Below, one piece after another: positions 54,644 through 64,000 of a stretch of 64,000 bases of DNA. Made by a program: the position numbers and the translations under genes. Source of the DNA: Chlorokybus atmophyticus (taxonomy: Eukaryota; Plantae; Mesostigma and Chlorokybus algae); contig RHPI01000560.1 in assembly GCA_009103225.1 (NCBI GenBank), positions 293,465 through 357,464 on the forward strand, in the 5' to 3' direction. Each line of letters starts with the position of its first letter. Positions within the stretch are counted from its first letter, which is position 1. The notes beneath the pieces are model-generated. The model ran no database searches. It saw nothing but the letters and a program-made list of their open reading frames with translations, and was not told the origin of the DNA.

Positions 54644-55428
54644 GTGACAGGCCCTACCTTGCCGATTGTTATACCATGTCGCGTAGCTTGCTTTAGTTAA
54701 TGACCGGTTAAACCGGTCATATCCGGCGCTGCAATGTGGGTACCATGTCGGTAACACTTTCGGACAAGATGCTTGCGTAGGTGTACATGACTGTGGCATA
54801 ACTAAATTGACAGCTGCCGGCAGCGTCGGAGGCTGTTCGGTAGCTGTTTGGTAGGGGTGAATGTGAAGAGTGTCCGTTGTGTATGGACAATGTACCCCAA
54901 TGTTGTACTCTAAGATTCTAAACGGCAACGGGGCGACTAGGTAAAAGATACTCCGAACTGGTATGCAAGGACAGTGCCGCGTGGCCTTCGATCGCATGAC
55001 GACAGGAGGCTCCGAGCGCAATAGACATGTGATGAGGAGCTGCATCAACGAATGGGTTGGAGTGGATTGATGGACACGATTCATGTCCATCGCTATCCAT
55101 GCATGGTTGCTCCACTCATATTGTAAAGCTTGTGCAGGGCTCCAAGTTGACGGTCCAATACCACCAGTCACTAGTTGTAAAACTTACCACTGGTCTCCAG
55201 AAATGGCTGCACATGAATTGGTAAATGAGTTATAAGATATTATGTTTAGCTGAAGATGAACGTCGCAAAATGTTTCCCCTGCCGGCCGACTAAATATTGG
55301 CAATGGCCGAGCACCTGGAAATACTTATTTAGACTGTCGTGGCTCAGTCCACATGTAATCTTGATACAGGGACGCAAGCATAACTTCCGTTACTATCAGG
55401 CCCTTCCCGTTACAATATAGTCTGTGAC
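54644..55428. mobile_element. Possible LTR-like or other TE fragment
   Basis: A roughly 785-bp noncoding segment that begins TGTGACAG and ends CTGTGACA (TG..CA ends). No target-site duplication or second copy is visible. Confidence 0.2.
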
Positions 55429-55444
55429 AATTGATTAAGCCTAA

Positions 55445-55690
55445 TTAACAGGCATCTACTAATTACTTAATAGGCCTTAACAAGTGACTATGCCTGCTTA
55501 ACAAGCACCTGTTAGTTACTCATCAGGCCATAACAGGTGACTATAGCCAATTAACGGGCACCTGTAAGTTACACATCAGGTCTTAACAGGTAACCATACC
55601 TAACTAACATGCACCTGCAAGTTACATATTAGTCTTACATAGATAACTCAGCCTATGTGACAGGCACCTGCAGGTTACACACTAGTCCAG
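55445..55690 (+). repeat. Degenerate 53-bp minisatellite, about 4.6 copies
   Basis: Units start at 55445, 55498, 55551, 55604 and about 55657. Approximate consensus ttaacagGCACCTGtaaGTTACacatcaggtcttaacaggtgactatacc. Confidence 0.85.
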
Positions 55691-56085
55691 CGCACGCGAC
55701 TGAGCATATATTACAAGCATCAACTAGATAATTGTCGACAAGATAAGGCATTCTGAAGCAACTGAAGGAAACTGATGCATAACTAATGTTATATGTATTT
55801 GCATAGCATGACCACACGCGATCGTCATTGACTGCCAGCATCGTTATGTGCATGTGCTGTACACAGATACCTGAAATGTATATAGTGTCTCTCAGTCACT
55901 TGTCAAGGCTTGTAATTCGATTATGTGACTTGAATGCCTGCAGTTCCATCGTATATCATAGGGATGCAAGTTTTTACATGCAACAGCATAATGACGATTG
56001 ACTGAGCTGGTTTAAGATGCACAACACTAAGTCACAAGAGCCTTGCAGCTGTGTACACTACCAGCTAAATGGACTACCAACTGCG

Positions 56086-57970
56086 CTACAGCTCCTCTCC
56101 ATCATCACCTTGCACGCCATCATGGAACAAAGCACCATGCGCTAGGGCGTGTAGAGGAGACGCCGGAGCTTGCTCTTCCTCCTCCTCAAATGGTTGCGCC
56201 ACCCAATCAGATGCCGTTTCTGCCTCAACAAGCGGGTCACGAGCGGCTGTCTCTTGCGGCCGACGCCGATTAGGATCTTTCAGGTATTTAATACAAGATG
56301 CAATGCGGCGTTGCATAAGGGTGAATGGCCGGAGGGCTGCGTACCGTTGCCTCATCTCCAGCTTCATTGACATGATCATAGTGTTCATTTCGCTGAGGTA
56401 CTCTTCATATGCGTCGTTGCTAGCAGCTATGAGAGGGTCTCCATCCTTGCCCTTAAGGATGCGCTCCACTTGCGTAGTTTACAGGCATGTCTTAGTGGCA
56501 TTGAAAGCCACTATTCATTGCAGCGCGCGTCTGCAAGCCTGTAGTTTGGGGCTACAGCATTCTTGAATTGCTGGTGATTCAGTTCAAAGTGCTCACCGTA
56601 AGCAACATGTATGGGAGGTGGTTGACTGTCAGCTGCCGGCAACCAGGTGCAGGGACGGCGTAAGACAAGCACGATCATTTGCCAGATTATGGGATTGCCC
56701 CATTCATGGATGTATCTCCTCTGCTCCGAGTCTGCATTGTCGGTCACCTTAAATTTCCACCATGACTAGTCATAGCAACAACGCATTAGTCACGATATAG
56801 ATAGTTCAAGTTGAGCCTGCACCAGGCTAGAATAATGCCTGTGACTTACTTTGGAGCGCGTTGCGCATCTGGGCTTTTTGAGTCTCGGGGTCCATTGGGG
56901 CGTCGATGTGCCTAATTGAATCGGTTATAATAGGCGAGATGCGTACGTGTGTATGGAGGCTGAGTAAGAAGGCAATGTTGCATAGCAGACATGGTGGTGA
57001 GAAACCCAACTCACTTGCGCTGGTTGCTGTTACACACAGCAACCAGCGCAACAGTGTCCACTTGTACTTATTCTCAAGGGCATGCTTGATCTTAGTGACG
57101 TTCTCAGACCAGACCTATGTAGCTTTCTTTAAGGCGACAGGCGACACTCCCGTGGAAGGGGCACTTCTTGGGCGTCCAGTACACCTGATAGAATTTGGCC
57201 GCATCAGCCTCATCGTCATGGTCGAAGCCAACACGGGCCAACACGGGCAGATTGGTCAGTGTCATGGTGCAGTGAAGTCATGAAGCATTCACAGCACCTG
57301 ACACATGATGTTACAAATGGTGTCCTCCTTGGGATAAATGTGGCTCTCTACCTAGTGGCCGTTTATGATTTCAACGACATCTCGCAAATGCTGTCCGCAG
57401 AAGAACAATCCGTTACACACAGTGTCACAGTGTCACACAGTGCTTACCTCGTTGCCAATCTTCCACTTGCTTGGGGAAGGGTTGCTGACGGCCGAGGTTG
57501 CTACGTCATGGCCAAATGTGTTTGCGATGGGGGTTCCAATCGACCCTCCGCAAGCACAACCACGTGAGTCATGTTGCCAGCCATAAAAGATGCAACCCTC
57601 ACAGCTGAGCAAGATGAACAACGAGCACAGTGTATTCAGAACGCATGCAGTGAGTCACTGTGCCAGTGATGAAAGAAGCAAGCATCAAAGTTTAAGTTGA
57701 CCAAGAAGTTACGTGCATGGTACATAAAGAAACGCATGCAATCTAGCTTGCCCTTGCGACAACGATGTCAGGTGGAGTTGTTGTGATGGGCTGGGCGTTA
57801 GTGCAGGGTCTTGCTGCGATTGATTGGCCAAGAGTGGCTGCTGCTGGTTGACGATGGTTGCCTAGTTGAACACTGGGGGCAATGTGGACTTGGGGCGCCG
57901 ACCTCCACAACGAGGTGCACTTACAGAAGGACCACAAGGCATCTCTCTGACTGATAGTCAGATGCCGCAT
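56086..57970 (-). pseudogene. Degenerate spliced ORF fragments, probably TE-associated
   Basis: Coding-looking pieces (ISPIITDSIRHIDAPMDPETQKAQMRNALQSK|gtaag; VTDNADSEQRRYIHEWGNPIIWQMIV; ERILKGKDGDPLIAASNDAYEEYLSE..FEEEEEQ) lie downstream of a palindrome cluster. No family recognised. Confidence 0.35.
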
Positions 57971-58125
57971 GCTTAGTTAATGGTGGCGCTGCCGCATCCA
58001 ACGCTGCCGCCGCCAGGTGGCCCGCCCAAATGTACAAGGCGCGGTAACGAAAATGAGGCGGTTTTGAACGTCTAGTGTCCCGCAGTAGAGTCGCACTTGT
58101 ACTGCGTCTTTCTCTCCTATGGTTG

Positions 58126-58272
58126 ATGGTACGACTTATGCATTCGTACCATGCTTCGTACAACCAAGGGTAACAATGGCTTGGGCGTAACATTTATGGT
58201 ACGACAGAGGCATCTATCGTCCAACCCCAGCCATTGGCGTACAATGGCTCTGTCGTACCATCCATGGTACGA
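58126..58272. repeat. Cluster of ATGGTACGA/TCGTACCAT inverted repeats
   Basis: Exact 9-mers at 58126(+), 58144(-), 58196(+), 58253(-) and 58264(+). There is a 14-bp inverted repeat ATGGTACGACAGAG / CTCTGTCGTACCAT. Confidence 0.85.
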
Positions 58273-58699
58273 GAGAGGCATTACTCGATCAGCCCTAATG
58301 CGAGTTAGCGTGCACTCACCCAAACAGCTTCATTGATGGCCGGATGATGGCACGCAGGGGCATCAGTTCAATAACGGGTCGAATGTAAGGCATAATGGAC
58401 CTGGGTTTGGCTAGGAGGCGGAGGACCAATAGGCGGCGGCGGCGGCGGCGTGGCACATTTTGCGAGAAGTTGTGGTCATAAGAGATCAAGCAGCGAAGCC
58501 AGCTAATATCGGGCGCCACGTCATGGATTATGGCAGGCGTCAGCAATGGGGCTGTCCAACACGCATCACCAGCATTGGACAAACCAGCAGGCAAGCCATC
58601 AAGGACCATCTCCACGTAGACAGCTGCTTGGTGGCTCGCTTTCTGCAGCAAGGAGTGGATCATGAGCTACAGTTTTTAAAGCCCCTTATCAGAACTATG

Positions 58700-60010
58700 C
58701 GGGACCAATTGTGACTATGGGAACAAGTCGTAAAAGATTGATCTCAACCCAAGAATATACATCACTTGCGATCATTCTTGGAATTGGCAAACTACTTTCG
58801 CAAGTTTATGATGGGGTATTCTACAGTTGTGGTGCTTTGATGAAATTGTTGCGAAAAGGCGCTCCATTCTTGTGGATAGCTGAACAAGAAGCTGCTATGC
58901 AATAGGTGAAGCTAGCTTTGACTTCGGCTTCAGTGCTAGCATTATCGGACGGTGACAAGCACTTCACTGTGGTTAGCGATGCGTCCACCCTTGGGTGTGG
59001 TGCAGTATTGTTGCAAGGTGGCAGCTCATGTGCTTATGAGAGTAGGAAGTTCATCCCAGCAGAGGTGAAATACACTACCACTGAACAAGTATTGTTTAGC
59101 ATGGTACATGCTCTAGAAACATGGCGACATTCATAAGAGGGGGTTCAGTTCACAATGGTGACTGATCATGATCCATCGGTGTACTTCTCGAAACAGCAAA
59201 ACTTGTCGCGTAGACAAGCTCGCTGGAATGAATTTCTATCCCGGCTTACTTTACTTAGAGTGGGTATATCGGCCAGGCATTACCAGCGTTACTGATCCTC
59301 CAAGTCTGTTCGTTATTGTTGGCGGTTATGCGTGCGCAATTGCTTGCGACGCGCGGTACATCGTCTCCAGACAATAAATTCGTGCAAGCACTTGTGCAAG
59401 GGTATGCTTCAGACCCATGGTTCTCTTTAGGAAAGATAGTGCAAAAGCTTGACGAACAAAACAATTTATATTGCGTGGGCACCAGCTTGGTGATATCTAA
59501 CCATGCTGAGTTGCATGCGAAATGTATAGCTAATGTACACGATCCACCGTACACTGGGCACTTTGGCAGTTGCAAGACTGACAAGGCAGCGCAACAGTTG
59601 TATTGGTGGCCATCGTTGCCTATTAACGTAAAACATTATGTGGACACGTGTGACAAATGTCAGCATGACAAGCCGCTACGTCAAGGTGTTGCTACTAGCA
59701 TTGCCTGTTCCGAATGGCAAATGGGAAAGTGCGAGTGTGGACCTGATTCCTGAGCTCTCAAAGACAGCATTGAGTCACACTGCGGTTGCAGTTGTTGTGG
59801 ATCGTTTAGCAAAAATAGTTCACATCGTCCCTTGTTGCACGGAAATAGGCTCCCATGAGTTAGCAATGGGTTTTTTCATGTCTGTATTCAAGTTGCATGG
59901 CTTGCCTCGCAACTTTATATCTGATCGCGATCCGCGATTTGTAGCTCGGTTCAAAAAGTCGCTATGCAGCTTCTTAAAGACGTCGCAAATTTTACACGGT
60001 GACTGACTAA
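58700..60010 (+). mobile_element. Decayed Ty3/gypsy retrotransposon pol fragment (RT connection - RNase H - integrase)
   Basis: HLRSFLELANYFRKF, LLRKGAPFLW..EQEAA, VVSDASTLGCGAVLLQ..AYESRKF..KYTTTEQ..HALETWRH, TDHD, integrase Zn finger HDPPYTGHFG..YWWPSL..YVDTCDKCQ, and core WESASVDLI..VVVDRLAK..FKLHGLPRNFISDRDPRF. The RNaseH-then-integrase order is gypsy-type. Multiple stops and frameshifts. Confidence 0.92.
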
Positions 60011-60547
60011 GAACTGAGGGACTGACTGGTGCCTGAGCCTGCTTGAGCCTGCCTGTCGCTGCCTGAAATATTACTTTTGGTTTGTTAGGTTGCCGTTGGC
60101 TTAAGTGGACTGACGCAGACGGCCGCGGGCTGAAAGTGGTTGTCAGTGGCACCAACCGGCCGAAAGTTGTCAACCAGTTACCCTTTGGTCGTGTGCACAG
60201 ACGGCCGTTAGCCGGTAGTTACGGACAGCTGACAGCAATAGCCGGCAGTTTCTTTGCCGTTACATTGCTGTTAATATGTGACCCTTGCCGTTTGACAAAA
60301 GTTGGCAATTCTTGCCGTAAGCCAACACTAACATGCCATGCAGCTTGTACAAACCTTGGACTGATTGTTTGGTCTTGCATCAATAAGCCCACAATATATA
60401 CAATGTACCGGCAGTGGTGAGAGTATGTCCACTTGCAACTGAGCAGCCGACTTGCGCATGAAACTACCCTATAACATTGAGTCTAGCTGTCGGACTCATG
60501 CGCAGCTTGTCAACCCGTGGTGCCTGCCTCAAAACTCCGACTCAAAC

Positions 60548-61400
60548 CACCTCCTCCTGTTCCTCCTCCGACGAGTCTTCTGTTTCAACGCCGGAGTCAT
60601 CTTCATCCGCTGCTTCGCTCGCTGACAGTACAGCGGCTACTTCGTCCTTCAGCTTGAATGTCAGCGCCTCGCCGTGCACGCGCATGCGCTTGATGGTCGC
60701 TTTGAGAGTGACCACCTGCATTTGGTAATGCTGTAAGAGTGGCGTGCTGCCAGAGGACTAGCCCATCAGCATACACACGCTTACCTCGTCTTCCGCTTTG
60801 TTGCACTCCGCCAGGCAGACAGTCAGCCTGCCGCGCTGCTCTTGGTTCACTCTGACCNGAACTGCTTAATTACCGCTGGAAACATTCAACTAGGTTATGG
60901 ATTACCCGTTCGTGGTACTCCGCAGCTTCTCTTTTGCGACTTGTGAGCTCCCGCAAATAGAAATAGGCTGTGCATTTGCGAGATTGGTCATGCTGTTTAT
61001 GTGCATGACACTGGAGGTTGTGCATGAGGGTGTGCATGTGGTATTGACAGTGTATGTCAAGTGCAAGATACTTGAGGCTGTGCATGTGCAAGATAAAAGA
61101 ACCCTAGCATGTGGCATTGACAGTGCATCGTAACCCACCTTGGTTATGCCAGTCTTGTTTGGTCCCTTCAATCATGTCGCCGAAGTCGCAGCTGCTGGTG
61201 GGTCGGATTTTCTTAGAGGCAGTATTGTGGTGTGCCTTTGCCCACTCGGAGGGGGAGCCCTGTAAGATATCGCCCGAATCACTGTTGTCATTGGATGTGC
61301 CCTTGGTAGTCTTGGTGGGGTTTGACACCGAGGACACCCCTCCGGCACCCTGCCCGCCCTGTGCAAACATGGAATTCATCCCGGACCTCGACCACAATGC
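60548..61400 (-). CDS. Hypothetical spliced gene or pseudogene with coiled-coil and acidic tail inside the TE block
   Basis: VRVNQEQRGRLTVCLAECNKAEDE|gtaag..atgcag|VVTLKATIKRMRVHGEALTFKLKDEVAAV..EDDSGVETEDSSEEEQEEVV*. Upstream pieces are LRELTSRKREAAEYHERVIHNLVECFQ and a Gly/Ser-rich segment. There is a single N at 60858. Confidence 0.45.
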
Positions 61401-61540
61401 CCACTATGCCCCTGGCAGCGCCGCGAACGATCCTCCAAACGCCACATACCCTCGGCATCACGCCCCTGTAAGGGCATAGCTCGGCGGAGCTATCGATGGT
61501 GTTTTCATGCGCAGGGGGGGACTGACATTGCCACAGTTGT

Positions 61541-61747
61541 CAATGGTACGAACTGCCATTGCCATTGCACAAAGGTACCATTTCAATGGTACCTTTGTGC
61601 AATGCCTATACCTTTAGCTAAGGGCATCTTCGTACCATTGAAACGGTTCAATCAGTCTACATATATATATATATATATATATATCCAGAGACTCACCCTG
61701 GACGTGCAATGGCTCGATCGTACCATTATAATGGTACGACGGAGCCA
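61541..61747. repeat. Nested perfect palindromes on both sides of a (TA)12 run
   Basis: A 20-bp perfect IR (61563-61582 / 61585-61604) is nested inside a 12-bp IR (61541-61552 / 61629-61640). (TA)n spans 61661-61684. A 22-bp perfect palindrome TCGTACCATTATAATGGTACGA at 61718-61739 is flanked by TGGCTC/GAGCCA. Confidence 0.9.
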
Positions 61748-64000
61748 GTGAATGGCGGCCAAGTTTCCCGCCTCTGGCATGCAAGGGTAGCGGTGGCGGT
61801 GGCGGCGGCGGGTGTGCGTGTTGCTGGATATGATGCAGGTTACATTGGCGACACCTGTGTCGACATTAGTAGTGAGATATGGGAGTCCTTTGTCCGTATT
61901 GCCACATGCGCTTCACCACACGCAGCTCGATCTACATGCACATTATTAGCAGCAAGGTGTGCAAGCAGGTCAAGCTGTATGTCGGCCAGCGTCCATTACA
62001 GTACAATGCGGGTCATGTTGAACCGGGGAGTTCGATCCAGGATGCTCACATGCTTGATGCTGAAGGATTCCTCCAGGAGACACACGCACATCAGCAACAG
62101 GAGGAGGAGGAAGTGAACGAGGGCTTTCGATGTGTGCGTGTGCCTGAGAAACCTGTGGCACGCCAACATGGAAGTGGAGGCGTCTCTTCGCACGCGTCGG
62201 AATCCAGGTGGTATGGCTCGGAGCATGCTCTTGTAGTGGCATTCGTGCAGTGCAACAACGGCCAAGGCCTGTCGGCCTCCGACGTGGGGCGGATCATCAA
62301 GTACATCCGAAATGCACACTTCCTGACGGAAGAGTTCCAGTGGGAGACCGGTGTGCATGTGGCCAGCTACCTCCGGACCATGATTGCTTTCTCTCAGTCT
62401 GAGGTGTGCTCACGGTGTGCGGCGCATGTGCTTCAACCATCAGAGCCATGTCACATATGCACATGCGAGTGTGCCGCCGTATCACTACGTGACGGCTGAC
62501 CTGCGCAAGCCTGGAGACCATGAGGATCAGGACATCTGCGTCACATATATGCCGGCCAAGGTCTGTGAAATGCAGTACCTAATGCAGTATCGATGCAGTA
62601 TCTATTCTGAGGCCAGCATAGTAAGTAATGCTCTTGGTCGGAGCAGGTATGGCTCATGCGGTTGTATGGCAATCCACATGCCGCCAATGGCTTCAATTTC
62701 TGGTACACTGGTGACGAGCACAGCTTTGGCCATCCTTCCACGGGCGATTGGTGGAAGGATGTCGAGGTGGATTTGAGGAGAGAGGTGGGGGAAGCGTCCT
62801 ACTTGGCGCCTGCCATTCTGTACAGTGACAAGACCATGCTGGACGGCGCGGGCAAGCGCTCTGGCTACCCTCTGATGGCATCGCTTGCCAACTACAATTG
62901 GGACATGTATGCTAGCAACATGGGGGTTATTATGATAGCGCTTCTGCCGGTGGTTCACGCAGTGGCCGGGCATCCCACCTGGGCGCAGGGCAAGGTGTTC
63001 TCCATTCGAAAACATGAGATTTTTCATGACGCTTTGAATGTAGTGTTTGGGGATGTGAAGCGGGTGAGTTGGGAAGGTCTGCAGCTCATCGACCCGAATG
63101 GCATCGAGCGCCGTGTGTTTCCCGCGCTTGCCAACTACATCAGCGATTTGCAGGTAATGGGCATGAATGGTTGTAACCGGATGCAGCCTGCCAGCAAACA
63201 GTGCATGGAGGATGTTGTCAGTAGAGCATCTGAAATTGTCGTGTTGTAGGAGACTGCCACACTCGCACGCACTGTGTCGGGCAACCAAACACGACATCCT
63301 TGCGATGTTTGTCTCGTCACTAAATCAGATCTGTTGGAGATGGATGAGGACCGGGCATTGAGAACCGAGGCCTTCTACACACCAGCAATACGTCAGCTGC
63401 GGGCGGACCTGCATAGCGGTGTTAGGAATGCACGCCAGACAGCCAAGGCTTTCAAAGAGCAGCACTCCATGCATGTCGAGGAGGTAATGGTCAAATTATC
63501 GGCATTCGTGAGGATGAATGGCTTTTCGTGAAACCAGGCAATGTGATTTGGCAACAGAATGCACTGTGGGGTTGGCGACAGTCGCGAGTGTCGGGAGCTG
63601 ACTGCTACTCTCGTCTTGCCCTTCACGCAATGCATGTGCTGGGAGGCATCATTGACCACCTGCTTGCTGCTGTGTACGACGCCGCGAAGGAATGAATGCG
63701 TCCATCCATGAGACAGATTCTGCAGGCCAGGCACGTCTTTGATGTTGCTTTTGTGTTGAACACAAAAGCCAGCGACACGTGCTCACAAGCAGATGTGCAC
63801 AGGCTGAATGCATGCAAGGCGACTCTGCGGGTTTCGCACTTCAAGGCACCCACAAGCACAGTAGATTTCTTCCTGTCCGACCACTCCTTTCAGGTGGTGG
63901 AGAAAGTGGCAGTGCTGCAGCTGCTGCCGTTCCTCGCAGACGGTTTGCTGCTCGACAGTGAAGGCAACGATTTCTTCACCATTGCTGCCGCATCGCTTGC
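61685..64000 (+). mobile_element. Plavaka-family (CACTA-related) DNA transposon with intron-containing transposase, truncated by the window end
   Basis: ATG at 61879 with a C2H2-type finger (CPYCHMRFTTRSSIYMHIISSKVC). Then GHPSTGDWW, PAILYSDKTMLDGAGKRSGYPLMASLANY, IALLPV, IFHDALNVVF, GLQLIDPNGIERRVFPALANYISDLQ|ETATL..PCDVCLV, and HAMHVLGG. These follow my recollection of the Plavaka transposase motifs (ILxSDKT, YPxxxTxGN, DGxxRxxFPxLAxYxAD..CxxC, DxLH). Confidence 0.78.

Noticed and set aside
55445-55690. CRISPR-like array
   Set aside because: The units are contiguous and degenerate with no unique spacers, there are no cas genes, and the context is eukaryotic.
58560-58700. AAWWLAF stretch reminiscent of DIRS/Ngaro RT-RNaseH
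   Set aside because: It is a single short motif among stop codons, with no tyrosine recombinase or other DIRS motifs.
60548-64000. TET/JBP dioxygenase cargo, as known beside fungal KDZ/Plavaka elements
   Set aside because: No HxD...H 2OG-Fe(II) motif set is visible in the neighbouring ORFs.

Overview
Eukaryotic nuclear DNA with many short GT-AG introns rich in (CA)n and TGCATG. The genes include plant-type HLB1, ClpF, FKBP17-1, a PabA-PabB fused ADC synthase, an AroQ chorismate mutase, an expansin and a phytocyanin-AGP. This points to a compact green-lineage genome, most likely an early-diverging streptophyte alga (inference). Positions 1-54.4 kb hold about 17 spliced genes, often in tight head-to-head pairs whose spacers carry telo-boxes and GGN-rich leaders. 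Positions 54.5-64 kb are a transposon-rich block: a 53-bp minisatellite, two degenerate spliced ORF sets, a decayed Ty3/gypsy pol fragment, nested ATGGTACGA/TCGTACCAT palindromes and an intron-containing Plavaka-type transposase running off the right edge. The most notable items are (1) an intron-bearing, bacterial-type (actinobacterial-looking) NamZ/DUF1343 peptidoglycan exo-muramidase with an N-terminal hydrophobic signal, (2) a signal-peptide and GPI-type protein with six tandem phytocyanin domains lacking copper ligands, joined by AGP-like linkers, and (3) the Plavaka element with its palindromic terminal motif. All gene models were spliced by eye, so exon boundaries are approximate, and family calls come from recalled motifs rather than database searches.
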